From an uncultured virus (IMG/VR IMGVR_UViG_3300027741_000049) (taxonomy: Duplodnaviria > Heunggongvirae > Uroviricota > Caudoviricetes): 64,000 nt of DNA. The DNA lies in the IMG/VR virus record IMGVR_UViG_3300027741_000049; one strand, 5' to 3'. This document shows, piece after piece, positions 16,032 to 26,996 of this stretch (positions within the stretch are counted from its first letter, which is position 1; each line of letters starts with the position of its first letter). The position numbers were made by a program, and so were the translations under genes. The notes beneath the pieces are model-generated. The model had not been told where the DNA came from. It worked only from the letters and a program-made list of their open reading frames with translations, and did not search any database.

Positions 16032-17414
16032 ATGGATGTTTCAGCCGTAGTCTTAAACAAGCTGCTTCAAGAGCAAAGCCTAGATATTTGGGCTAAGTTA
16101 AAGCTAGTGTTTTTAGATCCGGCTTACTCGTCCTTGTATAGTGTTATCAATAAGCATTATGAAAAGTATAATGCACTCCCAAATTTTGATGACCTAGAAC
16201 TTACACTGCGAGAAGGTCCTGCATCAAAAATACTAGCTACGCTAAAATTAACAGAAATACCAGACGTAACAGCAGAAATAGCACTTGATGCACTTATAGA
16301 TCAATATACGCAAAATGAAACTGTAAAACTACTAGATAAATTTGTGGATAAACTTCCACTGTACGATTCAAATGAAATAAAAGAAAACTTAGCGTCAATT
16401 GCACTAGTAATTGAAGAAAAAACACACACTAGTGAAAAAGTGTTTACTATGGCAGATATAATGCTTTTTCAACATCCTGAAGATTTAGAAAAAGAACGTG
16501 TTTATCTTGGACTTAATAATACTTTTGATAGTGTGCTTGGTGGCGTTGCTAGACAAGAACTTATCTTAATTGGCGGTAAACGAGGTAGCGGTAAAAGTAT
16601 TACCTGCAGTAATATTTTTATCAATCAATACGAATCCGGAAACAGTAGTATTTATTTTAGTATTGAAATGACTGCCTACGAAACTATGCAACGAAACTTA
16701 GCAATCTTAGCCAATGTAAATTTGCAAAATTTAAAGCAAAATAAACTAACTGATCAAGAAATACTACAAGTAGTGCAAGCTAGAGCTTCAATGTTTGAAG
16801 GCGCAGAATCTGTGGCCGATGAGTTTTTACGCCACAGAGACAGATTTAAATTTGAAGAAACTTTAGTTAGAAACTTTAAACTAAAGTCTGATAATCAAAT
16901 GATTATTGTTGATGACAGAGATTTGACTTTAGGTGCTATTGATTTGCATATTGGTAAAACTAAAGCTAAATTTGGTGATAAACTATCAGTTGTAGTTGTA
17001 GATTACTTAAATCAAATTGTTATAGAGGGCAATAGTCAGTACGACTGGCAACCACAAATTGAAGTCTCAAAGAAGTTAAAAAACTTAGCTAGAAAATACG
17101 AAGTAGTTATTGTAAGCCCTTATCAAATTGATGCTAGTGGTGAAGCCAGATTTGCTAAAGGCATTTTAGATGCAGCAGATATAGCGTTAGTAATGGAAAC
17201 ACATGAAAAAGATGCACAAGCAATTAGTTTTGAAACAACAAAGATTCGTGGGGGAAAAGAGATGGCATTTACATGCCCTATTAATTGGGACACACTTAGA
17301 ATTGCCCCCCAAAGCATTGATCAACCATCTAAAAAAGAACCTGTCAAAAAAGCAAATAAAAAAACAAATAATCAAACACAAGAACTCGCAACTGATTTAC
17401 CTTGGGACGCATAG
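16032..17414 (+). CDS. DnaB-like replicative helicase (T5 D6-like)
   Basis: GGKRGSGKS Walker A, FSIEM, VVVDYLNQ, ARFAKGILDAAD. Confidence 0.9.
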   Translation: MDVSAVVLNKLLQEQSLDIWAKLKLVFLDPAYSSLYSVINKHYEKYNALPNFDDLELTLREGPASKILATLKLTEIPDVTAEIALDALIDQYTQNETVKLLDKFVDKLPLYDSNEIKENLASIALVIEEKTHTSEKVFTMADIMLFQHPEDLEKERVYLGLNNTFDSVLGGVARQELILIGGKRGSGKSITCSNIFINQYESGNSSIYFSIEMTAYETMQRNLAILANVNLQNLKQNKLTDQEILQVVQARASMFEGAESVADEFLRHRDRFKFEETLVRNFKLKSDNQMIIVDDRDLTLGAIDLHIGKTKAKFGDKLSVVVVDYLNQIVIEGNSQYDWQPQIEVSKKLKNLARKYEVVIVSPYQIDASGEARFAKGILDAADIALVMETHEKDAQAISFETTKIRGGKEMAFTCPINWDTLRIAPQSIDQPSKKEPVKKANKKTNNQTQELATDLPWDA

Positions 17415-17416
17415 AG

Positions 17417-18268
17417 ATGGATCCCGTTTTAGACTTGATTCAAAAAAACGGATTGCAATTTCAAGTATCCGGTCGAGATTACTTGATCAAATGTTTAAAC
17501 CCAGAACATCCAGACACAAATCCTAGCTTTAGAGTAGATAGAGTAAGTGGAATAGCACATTGTTTTAGTTGCGGATTTAAAACTAATATATTTAAATATT
17601 ATGGAATCTTCAGCAATCCTATTCCTATAAAAATTGCTAAACTAAAAGAAAAACTGCAAGATTTAAAAATGCAAGCACACGGTGTAGAACTTCCTGCAGG
17701 TGCTACACCGTTTACTAAAACTTTTAGAGGCATTAGTCAACAAACTTTAAAACATTTTGAAGCTTTTTACACTAATCAAGTAGAAAAACTACAAGATAGA
17801 ATTATTTTTCCTATAAAAGATATAACTGGAAAAATCGCAGTATATGTTGCTAGACATATGTTATCAAATGGTAATCCTAGATATATTAATTATCCTAGCA
17901 AAGTTCAAATGCCTATTTTTCCTGCACAGATACCAGCAGGATATAAAAGTTTAGTAATTGTAGAAGGCATATTTGATATGCTAAATCTTTACGATAAAGG
18001 TTTAAAAAATGTAGCTTGTGCATTTGGCACAAATACTCTACAAGCAGATACAAAACTAAAAATGTTCCCGTATAAAGCTCAAGGCATTAGTCACATATAC
18101 ATATTATTTGACGGAGATGATGCAGGAGAAAAAGCGGCAGAAAACTTAAAATTAACGCTTGAACAACTAGAATTTATAGTAGAAATTATTAAATTGCCAG
18201 ACGGAACTGATCCAGGCGATTTAGATCAACTTAATGTACAAAGCATTGCAGAATATATTAAAAAATAA
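17417..18268 (+). CDS. DNA primase (Zn finger plus TOPRIM)
   Basis: C.NPEH.D.NPS...HCFSCG, VEGIFD, FDGDDAG, DPGD. Confidence 0.9.
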   Translation: MDPVLDLIQKNGLQFQVSGRDYLIKCLNPEHPDTNPSFRVDRVSGIAHCFSCGFKTNIFKYYGIFSNPIPIKIAKLKEKLQDLKMQAHGVELPAGATPFTKTFRGISQQTLKHFEAFYTNQVEKLQDRIIFPIKDITGKIAVYVARHMLSNGNPRYINYPSKVQMPIFPAQIPAGYKSLVIVEGIFDMLNLYDKGLKNVACAFGTNTLQADTKLKMFPYKAQGISHIYILFDGDDAGEKAAENLKLTLEQLEFIVEIIKLPDGTDPGDLDQLNVQSIAEYIKK

Positions 18269-18269
18269 C

Positions 18270-18298
18270 TTGATTATTCTAGCCAAATACGCTATAAT
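18270..18298 (+). promoter_or_regulatory. sigma70-type promoter
   Basis: TTGATT-17 nt-TATAAT. Confidence 0.75.
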
Positions 18299-18318
18299 AA
18301 AGTATTACTGGAGAAATT

Positions 18319-20601
18319 ATGAAAAAAGTTGCGCTAATAGACAAAGCACCAAATCGCACTAGATATAGTGAGTATTTTAACTTTGACTTTGATCACTATC
18401 ATATGAGTGATGTACCTATTACAAAATTATTGAAAAAAGACGTTACACTACAGTTTGACGCAGAACCGTATGATTTAGTAATATTAGTAGGTGCTGAAGC
18501 TGCAAAAGAATATGCTAAAGTTACTAGTGTGACTAATTATGCAGGTCAACTAATTAACGAAAAATTTGTTTGTATTACAAATCCAGCAATGTTAGCTTTT
18601 AAGCCTGAAGGCAAACCTGACTTTCAGCGTGCTGTAGATAAAATTCTTAAATATTATAATGATAGTATTGTTGCACCTAGTAGTGGTGATTTTGGCGGTA
18701 TTAATAACACAGACCAAGCCAAAGCCTATTTGCAAGAAATCTTAGCAAATGCACAAGGATATGTTGCTTGGGATACAGAAACTACTAGTTTGTATCCTAG
18801 AGATGGGTATGTGCTAGGCGTTAGTTTAACTTATAAAACTAAACAAGGCAGATATATTCTTACAGACTGCATGGATGAGGACTGCATAGATTTACTGCAA
18901 CAAATTGCCAATAAATTTTATACCATTTTTCATAATATGAAATTTGATTATAAAATGATTAGCTATCACTTAGGCATTAACTTTCCTAGAGATAGAGTGC
19001 ATGATACTATGGTCATGCATTATGTACTAGATGAAACCGATAGTCATGGATTAAAACAACTAGCATTAAAATACACAGACTATGGTGATTATGACAGTGC
19101 ACTAGATGATTTTAAAAAGAGCTATTGTAGTCAATACAATATTTTACAAGAAAACTTTAGCTATGACTTAATCCCCTTTGAAATTATTAGCGAATATGCT
19201 TCAATTGATACAGCCGTAACTTTTGAACTATTTCACAAGTTTTGGCCTATTGTGCAAGCCAATGAAAAATTTACCTGGGTATATAAAAATTTACTAGTAG
19301 ACGGTACACTGTTCTTAATGGATATGGAAGAAGTAGGTATTCCAATCTGTAAAGATCGTATGCACAGAGCTAATCTCTATCTAGACGATGAAATTCAACG
19401 CGCTAAAGAAGTAGTATTTAGTTTTGATGCAGTTAAACAGTTTGAACAAGCTAGTGGAAAAATCTTTAATCCTAATAGCGTAATGCAACTACGTGAAGTA
19501 TTATTTGACTATTTAGGCCTAGAGCCTACTGGTAAGAAAACTGGTACTGGTGCAGTTTCAACCGATGCCGAAGTCTTAGCACAACTAGCCGAAGAACACG
19601 AATTACCTGGCGCAATTTTAAAAGTGCGACAATTAGGTAAAATTCAAAATACTTATATTCAAAAAATCCTGCCGGAGTTAGACAAAGATGGGCGAATTCG
19701 TACAAATTTTAATCTTATTTTTACCACTAGCGGGAGGTTGTCTAGTAGTGGGAAATTTAACGCTCAGCAGATTCCACGAGACAATCCAATCATCAAAGGA
19801 TGTATCCGTGCTCCACAGGGATATAAAATAGTATCACAAGACTTAGCCACAGCTGAAATGTACTATGCTGCTGTACTTAGCGGCGACAAAAACTTGCAAC
19901 AAGTATTTAGTAGTGGCGGAGACTTTCATAGCACAATTGCTAAAATGGTATTTAACTTGCCTTGTCCTGTAGAAGCAGTTAAAAAAGAGTATACTAGTAT
20001 GCGACAAAGTGCAAAGGCAATTTCTTTTGGTATTCTTTACGGTAGCGGCGCTAATAAAGTTTCACAAACTGTAAGTAAAGCAACTGGTGAAGTATATCCT
20101 GTTGAACAAGCTCGTGAAGATATTAAAGCATATTTTGGTAAATTTAGCAAGCTAAAACACTGGCTAGATGAACGTAAAAGTTTTATTGAACAAAATGGGT
20201 TTACTTATTCATTTTTTGGTAGAAAACGCAGATTGCCTAATGTATTTAGCAGCGATAAAGGTATTGCAGCTCATGAAGTACGCAGCGGAATTAATGCCGA
20301 AGTACAATCACTAGCCAGTGACGTTAATCTGCTTGGAGCTATGCGAACTGCCAAGCATATTGTGCAAGAAAAACTAGATGCAAAAATCTTTATGCTTGTA
20401 CATGATTCTATTGTAGCGCTGGTAAAAGATGAACACGTTGCACAGTATTGTAAAATACTTAAATTAAATACTCAGTATGACCATGGCTGTAGTATTCCTG
20501 GTACGCCTATTGGTGTAGATCAAGATATAGGCGAAGACTATAGTTTTGGTGATTTTGAGGTACGCTATGAATTTGCTGGAGATAAGTTGGCCCGTATTTA
20601 G
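18319..20601 (+). CDS. family A DNA polymerase with 3'-5' exonuclease
   Basis: DTETT (ExoI), HNMKFD, YA.ID, TTSGRLSS, D...AE, RQSAKAISFGILYG, VHDS. Confidence 0.95.
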   Translation: MKKVALIDKAPNRTRYSEYFNFDFDHYHMSDVPITKLLKKDVTLQFDAEPYDLVILVGAEAAKEYAKVTSVTNYAGQLINEKFVCITNPAMLAFKPEGKPDFQRAVDKILKYYNDSIVAPSSGDFGGINNTDQAKAYLQEILANAQGYVAWDTETTSLYPRDGYVLGVSLTYKTKQGRYILTDCMDEDCIDLLQQIANKFYTIFHNMKFDYKMISYHLGINFPRDRVHDTMVMHYVLDETDSHGLKQLALKYTDYGDYDSALDDFKKSYCSQYNILQENFSYDLIPFEIISEYASIDTAVTFELFHKFWPIVQANEKFTWVYKNLLVDGTLFLMDMEEVGIPICKDRMHRANLYLDDEIQRAKEVVFSFDAVKQFEQASGKIFNPNSVMQLREVLFDYLGLEPTGKKTGTGAVSTDAEVLAQLAEEHELPGAILKVRQLGKIQNTYIQKILPELDKDGRIRTNFNLIFTTSGRLSSSGKFNAQQIPRDNPIIKGCIRAPQGYKIVSQDLATAEMYYAAVLSGDKNLQQVFSSGGDFHSTIAKMVFNLPCPVEAVKKEYTSMRQSAKAISFGILYGSGANKVSQTVSKATGEVYPVEQAREDIKAYFGKFSKLKHWLDERKSFIEQNGFTYSFFGRKRRLPNVFSSDKGIAAHEVRSGINAEVQSLASDVNLLGAMRTAKHIVQEKLDAKIFMLVHDSIVALVKDEHVAQYCKILKLNTQYDHGCSIPGTPIGVDQDIGEDYSFGDFEVRYEFAGDKLARI

Positions 20602-21094
20602 ACTTGGCGAACATAAGCCTACTATAGAAAACAACCTTGTCTACTATTCAAAAGAATACGTAGACAAGGAATCTTTAGAAACTAAAATTGGTTTACGTAT
20701 TGTAGATGATAAATCTGTGCAAGGAACTACACTAGGATTGCGCAGGCTAATTATTACAGATGCTAGGCTTTTTCCTATACGACAAGCTATATATTTTTTA
20801 GGTGATTTAATTAAAATAGCCAAACAAACTACGTGGTTTATTGACAACACTGGAAAAGTATTTCAGTACAGAAAATCTAGTCGCGCCAAGCTGACTGCGT
20901 ACAAGATTAAAAAAGTTTTGCCGCTTGAGGGTATGGGTGCTATTATTGAAGTGCAAGGTCTACCACAGCGATTTAAATGTATGTACGCACCTAAACCAGA
21001 ACAATTTTACGCAGGCATACTTCGTTGGGGTTTAAGCTATGTATTATACGGATTTTATGATGAACAATTTAAAGCAACATATAGGTTAGTATAA
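20567..21094 (+). CDS. T5-like hypothetical protein between polymerase and D10
   Basis: WPVFRL...IVDDK...TLG.RRL pattern; synteny. Confidence 0.7.
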   Translation: MNLLEISWPVFRLGEHKPTIENNLVYYSKEYVDKESLETKIGLRIVDDKSVQGTTLGLRRLIITDARLFPIRQAIYFLGDLIKIAKQTTWFIDNTGKVFQYRKSSRAKLTAYKIKKVLPLEGMGAIIEVQGLPQRFKCMYAPKPEQFYAGILRWGLSYVLYGFYDEQFKATYRLV

Positions 21095-22389
21095 TGGCTA
21101 AAGCAATTATAAGTAACAGAATTTACTTAGATAACCCTGGTGTAGAAGAAACCAAGCAAATTATAAAAACGCTTACCTATAAAATTCACAAAGACACGGG
21201 CAGCAAGCAATTTAGTACTGTAGAAACTATTAGAAACTATAAAATTTTACCTAAAAATGTATTAAGTATACCACAAGGACGATTAGATTTAGTTCCTAAA
21301 AATTACGAAATTGTAGAAAAACGCACACAAATACCAGCACCTTTTCCTGAAACTAAGTTTTCACTACGTGATACACAAAAAGTAGTTTATGATGAAGTTA
21401 CAGATACGTGTTTTATTAATGCCTTAGTTGGTTGGGGCAAAACTTTTACTGCACTGCATCTTGCTAAAAAGTTTGGTCAAAAAACACTAGTAGTTACACA
21501 TACTACGGCACTACGAGATCAGTGGCGTGAAGAAGTAGAAACCTTGTTTGGTATGCGTGCTGGAGTTATTGGTGGCGGTAGCCTAGACTGGGAAGACCAT
21601 GCTATTACAATAGCTAATGTTCAAACACTAGTAAAACATACTGCAAAATTAAGCAAAGAGTTTGGCACAATAATTTTAGATGAAGCTCATCATTGTCCTG
21701 CTAGTACATTTTCTCAACTAATAGATGATTTCCATGCTCGTTATAGAATAGCACTTAGTGGAACTATGATTCGCAAAGACGGTAAACACATAATGTTTGC
21801 AGACTTTTTTGGTCAACAAGTGTATAAACCTCCACAATCTCATACTTTAAATCCAGAAGTTAAACTAATACAAACTGGTATTACCTTAAAACCTGGAGCT
21901 ACTTGGGTAGAAAAAATTAATGCACTTACTGAAGACCAAAGCTATCAAAAATTTATTTCTGCACTAGCAAAAATTCAAGTAGAATTAGGACACCAAGTTT
22001 TAGTTATTGCAGATAGAGTTGGATTTTTACAAAAGGTAAAAGACTATGTTGGAGAAATCTGTGTGTTGGTTACTGGGGAAACCAGTTTTGAACAGCGACA
22101 ACAAATTAAACAGCAATTACTCACAAAAGAAAAAATGTGTATTGCTGGTAGTAGGCAAATCTTTAGTGAAGGTATCTCCATAAATTCACTTAGTTGTGTT
22201 ATCTTGGCAGTACCTATTGCAAATGATAGTTTACTAGAACAAATTGTTGGTAGAATTCAACGTCAACATGAAAATAAACTAGTGCCTGTAGTTTTAGATA
22301 TGCAATTTTCTGGTTTTATGGATAAAAAACAAAACAGGGATCGACTAGGATTCTATATGCGTAAAGGTTGGGAAATTGAAATGGTATAA
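21094..22389 (+). CDS. SF2 DEAH helicase (T5 D10-like)
   Basis: GWGKT, DEAHH, LSGT, EQIVGRIQR. Confidence 0.9.
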   Translation: MAKAIISNRIYLDNPGVEETKQIIKTLTYKIHKDTGSKQFSTVETIRNYKILPKNVLSIPQGRLDLVPKNYEIVEKRTQIPAPFPETKFSLRDTQKVVYDEVTDTCFINALVGWGKTFTALHLAKKFGQKTLVVTHTTALRDQWREEVETLFGMRAGVIGGGSLDWEDHAITIANVQTLVKHTAKLSKEFGTIILDEAHHCPASTFSQLIDDFHARYRIALSGTMIRKDGKHIMFADFFGQQVYKPPQSHTLNPEVKLIQTGITLKPGATWVEKINALTEDQSYQKFISALAKIQVELGHQVLVIADRVGFLQKVKDYVGEICVLVTGETSFEQRQQIKQQLLTKEKMCIAGSRQIFSEGISINSLSCVILAVPIANDSLLEQIVGRIQRQHENKLVPVVLDMQFSGFMDKKQNRDRLGFYMRKGWEIEMV

Positions 22390-22399
22390 AAATTTACAC

Positions 22400-22428
22400 T
22401 TGTAAACTTATACTTATTGTGTTATAAT
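22400..22428 (+). promoter_or_regulatory. sigma70-type promoter
   Basis: TTGTAA-17 nt-TATAAT with extended -10 TG. Confidence 0.75.
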
Positions 22429-22447
22429 ATATTCTTAAATCACAAAA

Positions 22448-22834
22448 ATGACTTTATTTTTTAACCTAAAAATTTTAGAACAAGACACAAAAGGTGATAC
22501 GGAATATTTGGTAGAAGCCCTTAATAAATTTTACAAGGGTATAACTATACCAAAAAACAAACAAGAAAAATACAAGCCATTACCAAGGTTACAGGCAGGC
22601 AGTAGTTTTATACTCAAACCTAAACCATTTTTTGATAACACGGGCATAGATTCAGTCTATAGAGCGCAATACATTAAATTAGCTGCATTAAGAAATTATG
22701 GTTTATATAAAACTAATGGCATTAAATTTGTAGACTTAACTCTGTATCCTGATATTGATTTAAACAACATAAAATCAAACCCGCTTTTAATAATTGCTAA
22801 CAAACAAATTAAATTTATACACGAGGAAACTTAA
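22448..22834 (+). CDS. T5-like hypothetical protein upstream of D11
   Basis: G.SF...P...AQYI.LAALRNY..Y...NPLL pattern; synteny. Confidence 0.65.
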   Translation: MTLFFNLKILEQDTKGDTEYLVEALNKFYKGITIPKNKQEKYKPLPRLQAGSSFILKPKPFFDNTGIDSVYRAQYIKLAALRNYGLYKTNGIKFVDLTLYPDIDLNNIKSNPLLIIANKQIKFIHEET

Positions 22835-22836
22835 AA

Positions 22837-23472
22837 ATGGCACTAAGCTTTAAGCAAACCAAAGGTCGCGCACAAAAAAGTTCAGTTGAAAGCTACGAGT
22901 ACAAAGACGGTGAAAATACCGTTCGCTTAATTGGCGGAGTACTACCACGTTATATCTACTGGGTAAAAGGTACTAATAACAAAGACATTCCTATTGAATG
23001 CTTGGCGTTTAGTCGTGAAAAAGAAAAATTTGATAATCTAGAAAAAGACTGGGTTCCTGAATTTTATCCTGATCTTAAGTGCAGCTGGAGTTATGCAGTT
23101 AACTGTATTGACCCTAAAGAAGGCAAAGTTAAAGTTCTTAACCTAAAAAAGAAACTATTTGAACAAATTATTACTGCTGCAGAAGATTTAGGCGATCCTA
23201 CAGATCCAGAAACTGGTTGGGATGTAGTTTTTAAACGAGTAAAAACTGGGCCTCTTGCATATAATGTAGAGTACACCTTGCAAGTATTGCGTTGCAAACA
23301 GCGTAAACTAAATTCACAAGAAGCAGAACTAGCAGAAAAAGCTCAGCCTATTGATGAAAAATATCCTCGTGGAAATCCTGATGAAATTAAAGCACTGCTT
23401 GAAAAGCTACAAGCAGGTGCAGATGAAGAGCAGACTCAAAGCGAACAAGAAGCTGTAAAAGAGCTAGGTTAA
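22837..23472 (+). CDS. T5 D11-like protein (putative ssDNA-binding)
   Basis: VRLIGGVLPRYIYW, PIECLAF.R.KE.F, LKKKLFEQI, acidic C-terminal tail. Confidence 0.85.
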   Translation: MALSFKQTKGRAQKSSVESYEYKDGENTVRLIGGVLPRYIYWVKGTNNKDIPIECLAFSREKEKFDNLEKDWVPEFYPDLKCSWSYAVNCIDPKEGKVKVLNLKKKLFEQIITAAEDLGDPTDPETGWDVVFKRVKTGPLAYNVEYTLQVLRCKQRKLNSQEAELAEKAQPIDEKYPRGNPDEIKALLEKLQAGADEEQTQSEQEAVKELG

Positions 23473-23479
23473 ATAACAA

Positions 23480-23514
23480 AGCCCGCTAAAGCTAATACTT
23501 TAGCGGGCTATTTT
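23480..23514 (+). terminator. intrinsic terminator
   Basis: GCCCGCTAAAG/CTTTAGCGGGC stem plus TATTTT. Confidence 0.75.
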
Positions 23515-23526
23515 GTCTGGTAAAAA

Positions 23527-24477
23527 ATGAACATATTATTCACAGCAGATATACACATAAAACTGGGTCAAAAAAATGTTCCAGTTGATTGGGCTAAAAA
23601 TAGATTTCAACTATTTATAGAACAATTTCAAAAAATGCAAAGGCATGCTGACTTAGTAGTCTTAGGCGGCGATATTTTTGACAGATTGCCTACAATGGAC
23701 GAAGTTGAGCTGTACTTTGACTTAATTGCTAGTATTGATGTAGAGTGCATAGTCTACCCTGGTAATCACGAAATGCTTAAAAAAGATACTACTTTTTTAA
23801 GTTATTTAAAACGTGCTACTACTAGAATCAATCCACTAGTAACTATTGTAGATGACTTCTATACTCGACACAACATTGATTTTGTGCCATATAATAAAGT
23901 AAAAGAGCTTGAGACTACAAAGTACACTTTTGCAGAAAAGATTTTGTGTACTCATGTACGCGGAGAAATTCCACCACACGTTAAACCTGAAATTGATCTT
24001 GGTTTACTAGATCGTTGGCAGCTAGTACTGGCAGGAGATTTACATAGCTATGAAAATTCGCAACGGAATATACTTTATCCTGGGAGTCCTTATACTACTA
24101 GCTTTCACCGTAATGAGGTTAATACTGGAGCTATATTACTAGATTGCAATAATTTAACACATATTTGGATGCCTTTTAAATTACCGCAATTGATCAAACA
24201 AACAGTAGGTGTGCACGACCCTAAACTGCAAACTGAATTTCATCATACAATTTATGAAATTGAAGGCGATTTACACGAACTAGGGCAGCTAGAAGATAGT
24301 GATCTTATTGACAAAAAAGTAGTTAAACGCGCACAAGAAACTCAATTAATATTAGATCCAGAACTTTCACTAGGCGAAGAAGTTAGAGAATATTTAACTT
24401 ATATTTTACAACTTAATGAAGCAGCAGTTGTTGAAACATTAAAAGAATTTTACAATTATGCGGATAAACTAGAATGA
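23527..24477 (+). CDS. SbcD/Mre11-like nuclease (T5 D12-like)
   Basis: ADIH, GGDIFD, GNHE, THVRG, AGDLH, YPGSP. Confidence 0.9.
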   Translation: MNILFTADIHIKLGQKNVPVDWAKNRFQLFIEQFQKMQRHADLVVLGGDIFDRLPTMDEVELYFDLIASIDVECIVYPGNHEMLKKDTTFLSYLKRATTRINPLVTIVDDFYTRHNIDFVPYNKVKELETTKYTFAEKILCTHVRGEIPPHVKPEIDLGLLDRWQLVLAGDLHSYENSQRNILYPGSPYTTSFHRNEVNTGAILLDCNNLTHIWMPFKLPQLIKQTVGVHDPKLQTEFHHTIYEIEGDLHELGQLEDSDLIDKKVVKRAQETQLILDPELSLGEEVREYLTYILQLNEAAVVETLKEFYNYADKLE

Positions 24478-26270
24478 TTACATTAAAACAATTAAGTTGG
24501 TCTAATGCTTTTAGTTATGGTTCAGCTAATAAGATTGATTTTACTCAAAGTCCGCTTATTCAACTCGTAGGTAAAAATGGGCATGGTAAAAGTAGTATTG
24601 CATTAATTTTAGAAGAAGTCTTATTCAACAAAAATAGCAAAGGCATTAAAAAAGGCGATATTTTAAATCGTTATATAAAAGACAAAAACTATCAAATTGA
24701 GCTTATTTTTGTTAAAGATGGTTGTGAGTATAAAATTGAAACAAAACGTGGTGCTCAACAACAAGTAAAACTTTACAAAGGTTTAGAAGACATTAGTGGA
24801 CATACTGCCACTACAACCTATAAATTAATAGAACAACTTATAGGTATAGATCATAAAACTTTTTCACAAATTGTATACCAAAGTCATGCAGGTAGTTTAG
24901 AGTTTTTAACTAGTGCAGATACTGCTAGAAAAAAGTTTTTAATTGAGTTATTAAATTTAGGCAAATATACGCAAGCTGGAGAAGTATTTAAACAAGCAGC
25001 CGCAGAAGTAGGTAAAGACCTTACAGAAGCACAAGCTAAATTAAGCACTATTCAACAGTGGATTGCTAAATATAGTAAAACAAATTTTGAAACAAAAGGT
25101 TATACTCCGATCCCCGTTTTAGACGATAGTTTAGTAGCAGAAGCTAGTAGATTATCAACTACTATTCAAGATATTGAAAAAACTAATAAAAAAATTACGC
25201 AAAATAATACCTATAAACAACTAAAAGATAAAATTAATTTACTACCAGTACCCAATAAACCTGAAGGAGATATAAGTTTATCGGTAACTAAAAAAGCCGA
25301 ATATGATAAAACTATTCAAGATGCTACCGTATTCAAAAAGAAAATGACAGCTTTGCACGGTAATTGCCCTACGTGTTTACAAAATATTGATGAAGAAAAA
25401 ACTAAAAATTTAGCAGCAGAACAAGATACAATTATTTTACTGGCTAAAGCCCAGGTAGATCGTGAAGTTACAAAAATTAAAAATTATAATGAACAGTTAA
25501 ATAAATGGAATACAGCGCAACGTAATCAAGAAGATTGGGAAAAATATCATCAATTAATTGATGTGGAACTACCAGAAAACCTATTAGACGAAGCAATATT
25601 ACAAAAACAATTAAAAAATTTGCAAGAACAAATAGCAAAAACAAAACAAAATATTACTAATGCAGAAAAACACAATCACGAAGTAACTGCACATAATAAT
25701 CGACTAGAGTTAATAAAATCACAAATAGTTGAAATGGAAGTAGAACTTAGTGAGTGGACTGCAAAAGCTAATCAATTAACTGCAAAATTAAATACTATTA
25801 ATACATTAGTAAAAACTTTTAGTACTACTGGTTTAGTTGCGTATAAAATTGAGAATCTTGTTAAAGACCTAGAAGTTATTAGTAATGAATATCTAGGCGA
25901 ATTAAGTGGTGGTAGATTTCAAATCAGTTTTCAAATTAGCGGCAGTGACAAATTAAATGTTGTTATTACCGATAATGGAATAGATATTGATATCTTAGCT
26001 CTTAGCGGGGGTGAGCGAGCCAGAGTTAATGTAGCAACATTGCTAGCAATTAGAAAGTTAATGCAGAGTTTAAGTCATAGCAGAATTAATTTGTTAATCT
26101 TAGACGAAACTATTGAAGCTTTAGACGTAGATGGTAAGGAGAAACTAATTGAAGTCTTACTTAAAGAAGAATCTCTTAACACAATACTCGTTAGTCATGG
26201 ATTCAGTCATCCCCTATTGGAAAAGGTACACGTTGTTAAACAAAACAACATTTCTAAAATCGATGGATAA
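24474..26270 (+). CDS. SbcC/Rad50-like ATPase (T5 D13-like)
   Basis: GKNGHGKS, CPTC zinc hook, LSGGE, ILDE, SH. Confidence 0.92.
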   Translation: MITLKQLSWSNAFSYGSANKIDFTQSPLIQLVGKNGHGKSSIALILEEVLFNKNSKGIKKGDILNRYIKDKNYQIELIFVKDGCEYKIETKRGAQQQVKLYKGLEDISGHTATTTYKLIEQLIGIDHKTFSQIVYQSHAGSLEFLTSADTARKKFLIELLNLGKYTQAGEVFKQAAAEVGKDLTEAQAKLSTIQQWIAKYSKTNFETKGYTPIPVLDDSLVAEASRLSTTIQDIEKTNKKITQNNTYKQLKDKINLLPVPNKPEGDISLSVTKKAEYDKTIQDATVFKKKMTALHGNCPTCLQNIDEEKTKNLAAEQDTIILLAKAQVDREVTKIKNYNEQLNKWNTAQRNQEDWEKYHQLIDVELPENLLDEAILQKQLKNLQEQIAKTKQNITNAEKHNHEVTAHNNRLELIKSQIVEMEVELSEWTAKANQLTAKLNTINTLVKTFSTTGLVAYKIENLVKDLEVISNEYLGELSGGRFQISFQISGSDKLNVVITDNGIDIDILALSGGERARVNVATLLAIRKLMQSLSHSRINLLILDETIEALDVDGKEKLIEVLLKEESLNTILVSHGFSHPLLEKVHVVKQNNISKIDG

Positions 26271-26274
26271 TAAT

Positions 26275-26538
26275 ATGTATAAAATCGAACGTATAATCAG
26301 AGCCAAAGCTACAGCAGTTGTAGATGGCAGAGAAACAGAACTTATGGAAGGTGACTACCTTACTGAAGATCAACTTAAAACACTAAAAGTTTATGGTGAA
26401 AAATTAATTTATAGGATTGATCAAAACTGCACTGGAGAAGTTTGCGGAATTGATATTGAAGCATACTTAGCATCAGTACAGACAAATAGCGCACCAATGG
26501 TACAAGTATTTCAAGAAGAAGTAGACAGTAAAAATTAA
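26275..26538 (+). CDS. hypothetical protein
   Basis: ATG 26275 after the D13 stop; 87 aa. Confidence 0.5.
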   Translation: MYKIERIIRAKATAVVDGRETELMEGDYLTEDQLKTLKVYGEKLIYRIDQNCTGEVCGIDIEAYLASVQTNSAPMVQVFQEEVDSKN

Positions 26539-26996
26539 TGGTAGATTCTAGAGCTAAAGGCGCTAGAACAGAAACAGTAATCAGGGATCTTCTTCGCAAA
26601 CACACTAGATTAGGGTGGGAGAGGGTTCCTGGTTCAGGTGCACTAGATGAAAAACATGGATTAAAAGGCGATCTATATGTTCCTAACTACAACAACATAT
26701 TTTGTGTTGAGGCAAAAGGATATGCAGATGATCATTTAACTAGCGCAGTATTAACATCTAAGTCTCCACAATTACTAGAATTTTGGCAACAAACTATTCG
26801 TCAAGCTAAACAGGTTACTAAACTGCCACTGCTAACTTTTAAACATGATCGAAGCAAAGTGTTTGTAGCCTTTAGCAGTGATTATTGTATACCAGAAAAC
26901 TATCATCATTTTTATGTGTATAGACAGCCGCATAGTTTCTATGTTGCGCTTTTAGAAGATTGGTTAACGTTTGAGCATCCACAATTTGTATCTTGA
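26538..26996 (+). CDS. T5 D14-like PD-(D/E)xK nuclease (Holliday junction resolvase-like)
   Basis: SRAKGAR.E, ERVPGSGA, KGD, VEAK. Confidence 0.85.
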   Translation: MVDSRAKGARTETVIRDLLRKHTRLGWERVPGSGALDEKHGLKGDLYVPNYNNIFCVEAKGYADDHLTSAVLTSKSPQLLEFWQQTIRQAKQVTKLPLLTFKHDRSKVFVAFSSDYCIPENYHHFYVYRQPHSFYVALLEDWLTFEHPQFVS

